Shown here: in pieces, positions 1-15,000 of the stretch
How positions within the stretch are numbered: the first letter of the stretch is position 1
Layout: each line of letters begins with the position of its first letter
DNA from: Eledone cirrhosa
Lineage: Eukaryota
Assembly: GCA_964016885.1 (NCBI GenBank)
Contig: OZ024741.1
Coordinates: forward strand, 273,110,001 to 273,174,000
Reading direction: 5' to 3'
DNA: 64,000 nt
Translations under genes and position numbers: made by a program
The notes under the pieces: model-generated
The model's input: the letters and a program-made list of their open reading frames with translations, nothing else
The model's database searches: none
Told to the model about the DNA's origin: nothing

Positions 1-3000
1 CAGCCACTGTACAGATGCCTACCAGACTAGAGTGACAGGTCTGTATCTGTCTCTCTCTCTCTTCTGTTGTAACTACAACTACAACAACAACAGCCACTGT
101 ACAGATGCCTACCAGACTAGAGTGACAGGTCTGTATCTGTCTCTCTCTTCTGTTGTAACTACAACTACAACAACAACATCCACTGTACAGATACCTACCA
201 GACTAGAGTGACAGGTCTGTATCTGTCTCTCTCTCTTCTGTTGTAACTACAACTACAACAACAACAGCCACTGTACAGATGCCTACCAGACTAGAGCGAC
301 AGGTCTGTATCTGTCTCTCTCTCTCTGCTGTTGTAACTACAACAACAACAACAATAGCTACTGTACAAATGCCTACCAGACTAGAGTGACAGGTCTGGAT
401 CTGTCTCTCTCTCTCTTCTGTTGTAACTACAACTACAACAACAACAGCCACTGTACAGATGCCTACCAGACTAGAGTGACAGGGCTGTATCTGCCTCTCT
501 CTCTCTTCTGTTGTAACTACAACAACAACAACAACAGCCACTCTACAGATGCCTACCAGACTAGAGTGACAGGTCTGTATCTGTCTCTCTCTCTCTCTTC
601 TGTTGTAACTACAACTACAACAACAACAGCCACTGTACAGATGCCTACCAGACTAGAGTGACAGGTCTGTAGCTGTCTCTCTTTCTCTTCTGTTGTAACT
701 ACAACTACAACAACAACAGCCACTGTACAGATGCCTACCAGACTAGAGTGACAAGCCTGTATCTGTCTCTCTCTCTTCTGTTGTAACTACAACTACAACA
801 ACAACATCCACTGTACAGATGCCTACCAGACTAGAGTGACACGTCTGTATCTGTCTCTCTCTCTCTCTTCTGTTGTAACTACAACTACAACAACAACAGC
901 CACTGTACAGATGCCTACCAGACTAGAGTGACAGGTCTGTATCTGTCTCTCTCTCTTCTGTTGTAACTACAACAACAACAACAACAGCCACTGTACAGAT
1001 GCCTACCAGACTAGAGTGACAGGTCTGTATCTGTCTCTCTCTCTCTTCTGTTCTAACTACAACTACAACAACAGCCACTGTACAGATGCCTACCAGACTA
1101 GAGTGAGAGGTCTGTATCTGTCTCTCTCTTCTGTTGTAACTACAACAACAACAACAACAGCCACTGTACAGATGCCTACCAGACTAGAGTGAGAGGTCTG
1201 TATCTGTCTCTCTCTCTCTCTCTTCTGTTGTAACTACAACTACAACAACAACAACCACTGTACAGATGCCTACCAGACTAGAGTGAGAGGTCTGTATCTG
1301 TCTCTCTCTTCTGTTGTAACTACAACAACAACAACAACAGCCACTGTACAGATGCCTACCAGACTAGAGTGAGAGGTCTGTATCTGTCTCTCTCTCTCTT
1401 CTGTTGTAACTACAACTACAACAGCCACTGTACAGATGCCTACCAGACTAGAGTGACAGGTCTGTATCTGTCTCTCTCTCTCTTCTGTTGTAACTACAAC
1501 AACAACAACAACAACAGCCACTGTACAGATGCCTACCAGACTAGAGTGAAAGGTCTGTATCTGTCTCTCCCTCTCTCTTCTGTTGTAACTACAACTACAA
1601 CAACAACAGCCACTGTACAGATGCCTACCCGACTAGAGTGACAGGTCTGTATCTGTCTCTCTCTTCTTTTGTAACTACAACTACAACAACAACAGCCACT
1701 GTACAGATGCCTACCAGACTAGAGTGACAGGTCTGTATCTGTCTCTCTCTTCTGTTGTAACTACAACTACAACAACAACAGCCACTGTACAGATGCCTAC
1801 CAGACTAGAGTGACAGGTCTGTATCTGTCTCTCTCTTCTGTTGTAACTACAACTACAACAACAACAGCCACTGTACAGATGCCTACCAGATGAGAGTGAC
1901 AGGTCTGTATCTGTCTCTCTCTTCTGTTGTAACTACAACTACAACAACAACAGACACTGTACAGATGCCTCCCAGACTAGAGTGACAGGTCTGTATCTGT
2001 CTCTCTCTCTCTTCTGTTGTAACTACAACTACAACAACAACAGCCACTGTACAGATGCCTACCAGACTAGAGTGACAGGTCTGTATCTGTCTCTCTCTCT
2101 CTTCTGTTGGAACTACAACTACAACAACAACAGCCACTGTACAGATGCCTACCAGACTAGAGTGACAGGTCTGTATCTGTCTCTCTCTCTCTTCTGTTGT
2201 AACTACAACAACAACAACACCAGCCACTGTACAAATGCCTACCAGACTAGAGTGACAGGTCTGTATCTGTCTCTCTCTCTCTTCTGTTGTAACTACAACT
2301 ACAACAACAACAGCCACTGTACAGATGCCTACGACACTAGAGTGACAGGTCTGTATCTGTCTCTCTCTTCTGTTGTAACTACAACAACAACAACAACAGC
2401 CACTGTACAGATGCCTACCAGACTAGAGTGACAGGTCTGTATCTGTCTCTCTCTCTCTTCTGTTGTAACTACAACTACAACAACAACATCCACTGTACAG
2501 ATGCCTACCAGACTAGAGTGACAGGTCTGTATCTGTCTCTCTCTCTCTCTCTTCTGTTGTAACTACAACAACAACAGCCACTGTACAGATGCCTACCAGA
2601 CTAGAGTGACAGGTCTGTATCTGTCTCTCTCTTCTGTTGTAACTACAACAACAACAACAACAGCCACTGTACAGATGCCTACCAGACTAGAGTGACAGGT
2701 CTGTATCTGTCTCTCTCTCTCTTCTGTTGGGACTACAACTACAACAACAACAGCCACTGTACAGATGCCTACCAGACTAGAGTGACAGGTCTGTATCTGT
2801 CTCTCTCTTCTGTTGTAACTACAACTACAACAACAACATCCACTGTACAGATACCTACCAGACTAGAGTGACAGGTCTGTATCTGTCTCTCTCTCTTCTG
2901 TTGTAACTACAACTACAACAACAACAGCCACTGTACAGATGCCTACCAGACTAGAGTGACAGGTCTGTATCTGTCTCTCTCTGCTGTTGTAACCACAACA

Positions 3001-6000
3001 ACAACAACAACAGCTACTGTACAAATGCCTACCAGACTAGAGTGACAGGTCTGTATCTGTCTCTCTCTCTCTCTTCTGTTGTAACTACAACAACAACAAC
3101 AACAGCCACTGTACAGATGCCTACCAGACTAGAGTGACAGGTCTGTATCTCACTCTCTCTCTCTCTTCTGTTGTAACTACAACTACAACAACAACAGCCA
3201 TTGTACAGATGCCTACCCGACTAGAGTGACAGGTCTGTATCTGTCTCTCTCTTCTGTTGTAACTACAACTACAACAACAACAGCCACTGTACAGATGCCT
3301 ACCAGACTAGAGTGACAGGTCTGTATCTGTCTCTCTCTTCTGTTGTAACTACAACCACAACAACAACAGCCACTGTACAGATGCCTACCAGACTAGAGTG
3401 ACAGGTCTGTATCTGTCTCTCTCTTCTGTTGTAACTACAACTACAACAACAACAGCCACTGTACAGATGCCTACCAGACGAGAGTGACAGGTCTGTATCT
3501 GTCTCTCTCTTCTGTTGTAACTACAACTACAACAACAACAGCCACTGTACAGATGCCTACCAGACTAGAGTGACAGGTCTGTATCTGTCTCTCTCTCTCT
3601 CTTCTGTTGTAACTACAACTACAACAACAACAGCCACTGTACAGATGCCTACCAGACTAGAGTGACAGGTCTGTATCTGTCTCTCTCTCTCTTCTGTTGT
3701 AACTACAACAACAACAACAACAGTCACTGTACAGATGCCTACCAGACTAGAGTGACAGGTCTGTATCTGTCTCTCTCTCTCTTCTGTTGTAACTACAACT
3801 ACAACAACAACATCCACTGTACAGATGCCTACCAGACTAGAGTGACAGGTCTGTATCTGTCTCTCTCTCTCTTCTGTTGTAACTACAACGACAACAACAA
3901 CAGCCACTGTACAGATGCCTACCAGACTAGAGTGACAGGTCTGTATCTGTCTCTCTCTTCTGTTGTAACTACAACAACAACAACAACAGCCACTGTACAG
4001 ATGCCTACCAGACTAGAGTGACAGGTCTGTATCTGTCTCTCTCTCTCTTCTGTTGTAACTACAACTACAACAACAACAGCCACTGTACAGATGCCTACCA
4101 GACTAGAGTGACAGGTCTGTATCTGTCTCTCTCTTCTGTTGTAACTACAACTACAACAACAACATCCACTGTACAGATACCTACCAGACTAGAGTGACAG
4201 GTCTGTATCTGTCTCTCTCTCTTCTGTTGTAACTACAACTACAACAACAACAGCCACTGTACAGATGCCTACCAGACTAGAGTGACAGGTCTGTATCTGT
4301 CTCTCTCTCTCTGCTGTTGTAACTACAACAACAACAACAGCTACTGTACAAATGCCTACCAGACTAGAGTGACAGGTCTGTATCTGTCTCTCTCTCTCTT
4401 CTGTTGTAACTACAACTACAACAACAACATCCACTGTACAGATACCTACCAGACTAGAGTGACAGGTCTGTATCTGTCTCTTCTGTTGTAACTACAACTA
4501 CAACAACAACAGCCACTGTACAGATGCCTACCAGACTAGAGTGACAGGTCTGTATCTGTCTCTCTCTCTCTGCTGTTGTAACTACAACAACAACAACAAC
4601 AGCTACTGTACAAATGCCTACCAGACTAGAGTGACAGGTCTGGATCTGTCTCTCTCTCTCTTCTGTTGTAACTACAACTACAACAACAACAGCCACTGTA
4701 CAGATGCCTACCAGACTAGAGTGACAGGTCTGTATCTGTCTCTCTCTCTCTTCTGTTGTAACTACAACAACAACAACAACAGCCACTGTACAGATGCCTA
4801 CCAGACTAGAGTGACAGGTCTGTATCTGTCTCTCTCTCTCTCTCTCTCTTCTGTTGTAACTACAACTACAACAACAACAGCCACTGTACAGATGCCTACC
4901 AGACTAGAGTGACAGGTCTGTAGCTGTCTCTCTTTCTCTTCTGTTGTAACTACAACTACAACAACAACAGCCACTGTACAGATGCCTACCAGACTAGAGT
5001 GACAGGCCTGTATCTGTCTCTCTCTCTTCTGTTGTAACTACAACTACAACAACAACAGCCACTGTACAGATGCCTACCAGACTAGAGTGACACGTCTGTA
5101 TCTGTCTCTCTCTCTCTCTTCTGTTGTAACTACAACTACAACAACAACAGCTACTGTACAGATGCCTACCAGACTAGAGTGACAGGTCTGTATCTGTCTC
5201 TCTCTCTTCTGTTGTAACTACAACAACAACAACAACAGCCACTGTACAGATGCCTACCAGACTAGAGTGACAGGTCTGTATCTGTCTCTCTCTCTCTTCT
5301 GTTCTAACTACAACTACAACAACAGCCACTGTACAGATGCCTACCAGACTAGAGTGAGAGGTCTGTATCTGTCTCTCTTTTCTGTTGTAACTACAACAAC
5401 AACAACAACAGCCACTGTACAGATGCCTACCAGACTAGAGTGAGAGGTCTGTATCTGTCTCTCTCTCTCTCTTCTGTTGTAACTACAACAACAACAGCCA
5501 CTGTACAGATGCCTACCAGACTAGAGTGAGAGGTCTGTATCTGTCTCTCTCTTCTGTTGTAACTACAACAACAACAACAACAGCCACTGTACAGATGCCT
5601 ACCAGACTAGAGTGAGAGGTCTGTATCTGTCTCTCTCTCTCTTCTGTTGTAACTACAACTACAACAACAACAGCCACTGTACAGATGCCTACCAGACTAG
5701 AGTGACAGGTCTGTATCTGTCTCTCTCTCTCTTCTGTTGTAACTACAACTACAACAACAACAGCCACTGTACAGATGCCTACCAGACTAGAGTGACAGGT
5801 CTGTATCTGTCTCTCTCTCTCTCTTCTGTTGTAACTACAACAACAACAACAGCCACTGTACAGATGCCTACCAGACTAGAGTGAAAGGTCTGTATCTGTC
5901 TCTCCCTCTCTCTTCTGTTGTAACTACAACTACAACAACAACAGCCACTGTACAGATGCCTACCCGACTAGAGTGACAGGTCTGTATCTGTCTCTCTCTT

Positions 6001-9000
6001 CTTTTGTAACTACAACTACAACAACATCAGCCACTGTACAGATGCCTACCAGACTAGAGTGACAGGTCTGTATCTGTCTCTCTCTTCTGTTGTAACTACA
6101 ACTACAACAACAACAGCCACTGTACAGATGCCTACCAGACTAGAGTGACAGGTCTGTATCTGTCTCTCTCTCTCTCTCTTCTGTTGTAACTACAACTACA
6201 ACAACAACAGCCACTGTACAGATGCCTACCAGACTAGAGTGACAGGTCTGTATCTGTCTCTCTCTTCTGTTGTAACTACAACAACAGCCACTGTACAGAT
6301 GCCTACCAGACTAGAGTGACAGGTCTGTATCTGTCTCTCTCTCTCTTCTGTTGGGACTACAACTACAACAACAACAGCCACTGTACAGATGCCTACCAGA
6401 CTAGAGTGACAGGTCTGTATCTGTCTCTCTCTTCTGTTGTAACTACAACTACAACAACAACATCCACTGTACAGATACCTACCAGACTAGAGTGACAGGT
6501 CTGTATCTGTCTCTCTCTCTTCTGTTGTAACTACAACTACAACAACAACAGCCACTGTACAGATGCCTACCAGACTAGAGTGACAGGTCTGTATCTGTCT
6601 CTCTCTCTCTGCTGTTGTAACTACAACAACAACAACAGCTACTGTACGAATGCCTACCAGACTAGAGTGACAGGTCTGTATCTGTCTCTCTCTCTCTCTT
6701 CTGTTGTAACGACAACTACAACAACAACAGCCATTGTACAGATGCCTACCCGACTAGAGTGACAGGTCTGTATCTGTCTCTCTCTTCTGTTGTAACTACA
6801 ACTACAACAACAACATCCACTGTACAGATACCTACCAGACTAGAGTGACAGGTCTGTATCTGTCTCTCTCTCTTCTGTTGTAACTACAACTACAACAACA
6901 ACAGCCACTGTACAGATGCCTACCAGACTAGAGTGACAGGTCTGTATCTGTCTCTCTCTCTCTGCTGTTGTAACTACAACAACAACAACAGCTACTGTAC
7001 AAATGCCTACCAGACTAGAGTGACAGGTCTGTATCTGTCTCTCTCTCTCTTCTGTTGTAACTACAACTACAACAACAACATCCACTGTACAGATACCTAC
7101 CAGACTAGAGTGACAGGTCTGTATCTGTCTCTTCTGTTGTAACTACAACTACAACAACAACAGCCACTGTACAGATGCCTACCAGACTAGAGTGACAGGT
7201 CTGTATCTGTCTCTCTCTCTCTGCTGTTGTAACTACAACAACAACAACAACAGCTACTGTACAAATGCCTACCAGACTAGAGTGACAGGTCTGGATCTGT
7301 CTCTCTCTCTCTTCTGTTGTAACTACAACTACAACAACAACAGCCACTGTACAGATGCCTACCAGACTAGAGTGACAGGTCTGTATCTGTCTCTCTCTCT
7401 CTTCTGTTGTAACTACAACAACAACAACAACAGCCACTGTACAGATGCCTACCAGACTAGAGTGACAGGTCTGTATCTGTCTCTCTCTCTCTCTCTCTCT
7501 TCTGTTGTAACTACAACTACAACAACAACAGCCACTGTACAGATGCCTACCAGACTAGAGTGACAGGTCTGTAGCTGTCTCTCTTTCTCTTCTGTTGTAA
7601 CTACAACTACAACAACAACAGCCACTGTACAGATGCCTACCAGACTAGAGTGACAGGCCTGTATCTGTCTCTCTCTCTTCTGTTGTAACTACAACTACAA
7701 CAACAACAGCCACTGTACAGATGCCTACCAGACTAGAGTGACACGTCTGTATCTGTCTCTCTCTCTCTCTTCTGTTGTAACTACAACTACAACAACAACA
7801 GCTACTGTACAGATGCCTACCAGACTAGAGTGACAGGTCTGTATCTGTCTCTCTCTCTTCTGTTGTAACTACAACAACAACAACAACAGCCACTGTACAG
7901 ATGCCTACCAGACTAGAGTGACAGGTCTGTATCTGTCTCTCTCTCTCTTCTGTTCTATCTACAACTACAACAACAGCCACTGTACAGATGCCTACCAGAC
8001 TAGAGTGAGAGGTCTGTATCTGTCTCTCTTTTCTGTTGTAACTACAACAACAACAACAACAGCCACTGTACAGATGCCTACCAGACTAGAGTGAGAGGTC
8101 TGTATCTGTCTCTCTCTCTCTCTTCTGTTGTAACTACAACAACAACAGCCACTGTACAGATGCCTACCAGACTAGAGTGAGAGGTCTGTATCTGTCTCTC
8201 TCTTCTGTTGTAACTACAACAACAACAACAACAGCCATTGTACAGATGCCTACCAGACTAGAGTGAGAGGTCTGTATCTGTCTCTCTCTCTCTTCTGTTG
8301 TAACTACAACTACAACAACAACAGCCACTGTACAGATGCCTACCAGACTAGAGTGACAGGTCTGTATCTGTCTCTCTCTCTCTTCTGTTGTAACTACAAC
8401 TACAACAACAACAGCCACTGTACAGATGCCTACCAGACTAGAGTGACAGGTCTGTATCTGTCTCTCTCTCTCTCTTCTGTTGTAACTACAACAACAACAA
8501 CAGCCACTGTACAGATGCCTACCAGACTAGAGTGAAAGGTCTGTATCTGTCTCTCCCTCTCTCTTCTGTTGTAACTACAACTACAACAACAACAGCCACT
8601 GTACAGATGCCTACCCGACTAGAGTGACAGGTCTGTATCTGTCTCTCTCTTCTTTTGTAACTACAACTACAACAACATCAGCCACTGTACAGATGCCTAC
8701 CAGACTAGAGTGACAGGTCTGTATCTGTCTCTCTCTTCTGTTGTAACTACAACTACAACAACAACAGCCACTGTACAGATGCCTACCAGACTAGAGTGAC
8801 AGGTCTGTATCTGTCTCTCTCTCTCTCTCTTCTGTTGTAACTACAACTACAACAACAACAGCCACTGTACAGATGCCTACCAGACTAGAGTGACAGGTCT
8901 GTATCTGTCTCTCTCTTCTGTTGTAACTACAACAACAGCCACTGTACAGATGCCTACCAGACTAGAGTGACAGGTCTGTATCTGTCTCTCTCTCTCTTCT

Positions 9001-12000
9001 GTTGGGACTACAACTACAACAACAACAGCCACTGTACAGATGCCTACCAGACTAGAGTGACAGGTCTGTATCTGTCTCTCTCTTCTGTTGTAACTACAAC
9101 TACAACAACAACATCCACTGTACAGATACCTACCAGACTAGAGTGACAGGTCTGTATCTGTCTCTCTCTCTTCTGTTGTAACTACAACTACAACAACAAC
9201 AGCCACTGTACAGATGCCTACCAGACTAGAGTGACAGGTCTGTATCTGTCTCTCTCTCTCTGCTGTTGTAACTACAACAACAACAACAGCTACTGTACGA
9301 ATGCCTACCAGACTAGAGTGACAGGTCTGTATCTGTCTCTCTCTCTCTCTTCTGTTGTAACGACAACTACAACAACAACAGCCATTGTACAGATGCCTAC
9401 CCGACTAGAGTGACAGGTCTGTATCTGTCTCTCTCTTCTGTTGTAACTACAACTACAACAACAACAGCCACTGTACAGATGCCTACCAGACTAGAGTGAC
9501 AGGTCTGTATCTGTCTCTCTCTTCTGTTGTAACTACAACTACAACAACAACAGCCACTGTACAGATGCCTACCAGACTAGAGTAACAGGTCTGTATCTGT
9601 CTCTCTCTTCTGTTGTAACTACAACTACAACAACAACAGCCACTGTACAGATGCCTACCAGACGAGAGTGACAGGTCTGTATCTGTCTCTCTCTTCTGTT
9701 GTAACTGCAACTACAACAACAACAGCCACTGTACAGATGCCTACCAGACTAGAGTGACAGGTCTGTATCTGTCTCTCTCTCTCTCTTCTGTTGTAACTAC
9801 AACTACAACAACAACAGCCACTGTACAGATGCCTACCAGACTAGAGTGACAGGTCTGTATCTGTCTCTCTCTCTCTTCTGTTGTAACTACAACAACAACA
9901 ACAACAGCCACTGTACAGATGCCTACCAGACTAGAGTGACAGGTCTGTATCTCTCTCTCTCTCTCTTCTGTTGTAACTACAACTACAACAACAACATCCA
10001 CTGTACAGATGCCTACCAGACTAGAGTGACAGGTCTGTATCTGTCTCTCTCTCTCTTCTGTTGTAACTACAACTACAACAACAACAGCCACTGTACAGAT
10101 GCCTACCAGACTAGAGTGACAGGTCTGTATCTGTCTCTCTCTTCTGTTATAACTACAACAACAACAACAACAGCCACTGTACAGATGCCTACCAGACTAG
10201 AGTGACAGGTCTGTATCTGTCTCTCTCTCTCTTCTGTTGTAACTACAACTACAACAACAACAGCCACTGTACAGATGCCTACCAGACTAGAGTGACAGGT
10301 CTGTATCTGTCTCTCTCTTCTGTTGTAACTACAACTACAACAACAACATCCACTGTACAGATACCTACCAGACTAGAGTGACAGGTCTGTATCTGTCTCT
10401 CTCTCTTCTGTTGTAACTACAACTACAACAACAACAGCCACTGTACAGATGCCTACCAGACTAGAGTGACAGGTCTGTATCTGTCTCTCTCTCTCTGCTG
10501 TTGTAACTACAACAACAACAACAACAGCTACTGTACAAATGCCTACCAGACTAGAGTGACAGGTCTGTATCTGTCTCTCTCTCTCTTCTGTTGTAACTAC
10601 AACTACAACAACAACATCCACTGTACAGATACCTACCAGACTAGAGTGACAGGTCTGTATCTGTCTCTTTCTCTTCTGTTGTAACTACAACTACAACAAC
10701 AACAGCCACTGTACAGATGCCTACCAGACTAGAGTGACAGGTCTGTATCTGTCTCTCTCTCTCTGCTGTTGTAACTACAACAACAACAACAACAGCTACT
10801 GTACAAATGCCTACCAGACTAGAGTGACAGGTCTGGATCTGTCTCTCTCTCTCTTCTGTTGTAACTACAACTACAACAACAACAGCCACTGTACAGATGC
10901 CTACCAGACTAGAGTGACAGGTCTGTATCTGTCTCTCTCTCTCTTCTGTTGTAACTACAACAACAACAACAACAGCCACTGTACAGATGCCTACCAGACT
11001 AGAGTGACAGGTCTGTATCTGTCTCTCTCTCTCTCTTCTGTTGTAACTACAACTACAACAACAACAGCCACTGTACAGATGCCTACCAGACTAGAGTGAC
11101 AGGTCTGTAGCTGTCTCTCTTTCTCTTCTGTTGTAACTACAACTACAACAACAACAGCCACTGTACAGATGCCTACCAGACCAGAGTGACAGGCCTGTAT
11201 CTGTCTCTCTCTCTTCTGTTGTAACTACAACTACAACAACAACAGCCACTGTACAGATGCCTACCAGACTAGAGTGACACGTCTGTATCTGTCTCTCTCT
11301 CTCTCTTCTGTTGTAACTACAACTACAACAACAACAGCCACTGTACAGATGCCTACCAGACTAGAGTGACAGGTCTGTATCTGTCTCTCTCTCTTCTGTT
11401 GTAACTACAACAACAACAACAACAACAGCCACTGTACAGATGCCTACCAGACTAGAGTGACAGGTCTGTATCTGTCTCTCTCTCTCTCCTGTTCTAACTA
11501 CAACTACAACAACAGCCACTGTACAGATGCCTACCAGACTAGAGTGAGAGGTCTGTATCTGTCTCTCTCTTCTGTTGTAACTACAACAACAACAACAACA
11601 GCCACTGTACAGATGCCTACCAGACTAGAGTGAGAGGTCTGTATCTGTCTCTCTCTCTCTTCTGTTGTAACTACAACTACAACAACAACAGCCACTGTAC
11701 AGATGCCTACCAGACTAGAGTGAGAGGTCTGTATCTGTCTCTCTCTTCTGTTGTAACTACAACAACAACAACAACAGCCACTGTACAGATGCCTACCAGA
11801 CTAGAGTGAGAGGTCTGTATCTGTCTCTCTCTCTCTTCTGTTGTAACTACAACTACAACAACAACAGCCACTGTACAGATGCCTACCAGACTAGAGTGAC
11901 AGGTCTGTATCTGTCTCTCTCTCTTCTGTTGTAACTACAACTACAACAACAACAGCCACTGTACAGATGCCTACCAGACTAGAGTGACAGGTCTGTATCT

Positions 12001-15000
12001 GTCTCTCTCTCTCTGCTGTTGTAACTACAACAACAACAACAACAGCTACTGTACAAATGCCTACCAGACTAGAGTGACAGGTCTGTATCTGTCTCTCTCT
12101 CTCTTCTGTTGTAACTACAACTACAACAACAACATCCACTGTACAGATACCTACCAGACTAGAGTGACAGGTCTGTATCTGTCTCTTTCTCTTCTGTTGT
12201 AACTACAACTACAACAACAACAGCCACTGTACAGATGCCTACCAGACTAGAGTGACAGGTCTGTATCTGTCTCTCTCTCTCTGCTGTTGTAACTACAACA
12301 ACAACAACAACAGCTACTGTACAAATGCCTACCAGACTAGAGTGACAGGTCTGGATCTGTCTCTCTCTCTCTTCTGTTGTAACTACAACTACAACAACAA
12401 CAGCCACTGTACAGATGCCTACCAGACTAGAGTGACAGGTCTGTATCTGTCTCTCTCTCTCTTCTGTTGTAACTACAACAACAACAACAACAGCCACTGT
12501 ACAGATGCCTACCAGACTAGAGTGACAGGTCTGTATCTGTCTCTCTCTCTCTCTTCTGTTGTAACTACAACTACAACAACAACAGCCACTGTACAGATGC
12601 CTACCAGACTAGAGTGACAGGTCTGTAGCTGTCTCTCTTTCTCTTCTGTTGTAACTACAACTACAACAACAACAGCCACTGTACAGATGCCTACCAGACT
12701 AGAGTGACAGGCCTGTATCTGTCTCTCTCTCTTCTGTTGTAACTACAACTACAACAACAACAGCCACTGTACAGATGCCTACCAGACTAGAGTGACACGT
12801 CTGTATCTGTCTCTCTCTCTCTCTTCTGTTGTAACTACAACTACAACAACAACAGCCACTGTACAGATGCCTACCAGACTAGAGTGACAGGTCTGTATCT
12901 GTCTCTCTCTCTTCTGTTGTAACTACAACAACAACAACAACAGCCACTGTACAGATGCCTACCAGACTAGAGTGACAGGTCTGTATCTGTCTCTCTCTCT
13001 CGTCTGTTGTAACTACAACAACAACAACAACAACATCCACTGTACAGATGCCTACCAGACTAGAGTGACAGGTCTGTATCTGTCTCTCTCTCTCTTCTGT
13101 TGTAACTACAACAACAACAACAACAGCCACTGTACAGATGCCTACCAGACTAGAGTGACAGGTCTGTATCTGTCTCTCTCTCTCTTCTGTTGTAACTACA
13201 ACTACAACAACAACATCCACTGTACAGATGCCTACCAGACTAGAGTGACAGGTCTGTATCTGTCTCTCTCTCTCTTCTGTTGTAACTACAACTACAACAA
13301 CAACAGCCACTGTACAGATGCCTACCAGACTAGAGTGACAGGTCTGTATCTGTCTCTCTCTTCTGTTGTAACTACAACAACAACAACAACAGCCACTGTA
13401 CAGATGCCTACCAGACTAGAGTGACAGGTCTGTATCTGTCTCTCTCTCTCTTCTGTTGTAACTACAACTACAACAACAGCCACTGTACAGATGCCTACCA
13501 GACTAGAGTGACAGGTCTGTATCTGTCTCTCTCTTCTGTTGTAACTACAACTACAACAACAACATCCACTGTACAGATACCTACCAGACTAGAGTGACAG
13601 GTCTGTATCTGTCTCTCTCTCTTCTGTTGTAACTACAACTACAACAACAACAGCCACTGTACAGATGCCTACCAGACTAGAGTGACAGGTCTGTATCTGT
13701 CTCTCTCTCTCTGCTGTTGTAACTACAACAACAACAACAACAGCTACTGTACAAATGCCTACCAGACTAGAGTGACAGGTCTGTATCTGTCTCTCTCTCT
13801 CTTCTGTTGTAACTACAACTACAACAACAACATCCACTGTACAGATACCTACCAGACTAGAGTGACAGGTCTGTATCTGTCTCTTTCTCTTCTGTTGTAA
13901 CTACAACTACAACAACAACAGCCACTGTACAGATGCCTACCAGACTAGAGTGACAGGTCTGTATCTGTCTCTCTCTGCTGTTGTAACTACAACAACAACA
14001 ACAGCTACTGTACAAATGCCTACCAGACTAGAGTGACAGGTCTGGATCTGTCTCTCTCTCTTCTGTTGTAACTACAACTACAACAACAACAGCCACTGTA
14101 CAGATGCCTACCAGACTAGAGTGACAGGTCTGTATCTGTCTCTCTCTCTCTTCTGTTGTAACTACAACAACAACAACAACAGCCACTGTACAGATGCCTA
14201 CCAGACTAGAGTGACAGGTCTGTATCTGTCTCTCTCTCTCTCTTCTGTTGTAACTACAACTACAACAACAACAGCCACTGTACAGATGCCTACCAGACTA
14301 GAGTGACAGGTCTGTAGCTGTCTCTCTTTCTCTTCTGTTGTAACTACAACTACAACAACAACAGCCACTGTACAGATGCCTACCAGACTAGAGTGACAGG
14401 CCTGTATCTGTCTCTCTCTCTTCTGTTGTAACTACAACTACAACAACAACAGCCACTGTACAGATGCCTACCAGACTAGAGTGACACGTCTGTATCTGTC
14501 TCTCTCTCTCTCTTCTGTTGTAACTACAACTACAACAACAACAGCCACTGTACAGATGCCTACCAGACTAGAGTGACAGGTCTGTATCTGTCTCTCTCTC
14601 TTCTGTTGTAACTACAACAACAACAACAACAGCCACTGTACAGATGCCTACCAGACTAGAGTGACAGGTCTGTATCTGTCTCTCTCTCTCTTCTGTTCTA
14701 ACTACAACTACAACAACAGCCACTGTACAGATGCCTACCAGACTAGAGTGAGAGGTCTGTATCTGTCTCTCTCTTCTGTTGTAACTACAACAACAACAAC
14801 AACAGCCACTGTACAGATGCCTACCAGACTAGAGTGAGAGGTCTGTATCTGTCTCTCTCTCTCTTCTGTTGTAACTACAACTACAACAACAACAGCCACT
14901 GTACAGATGCCTACCAGACTAGAGTGAGAGGTCTGTATCTGTCTCTCTCTTCTGTTGTAACTACAACAACAACAACAACAGCCACTGTACAGATGCCTAC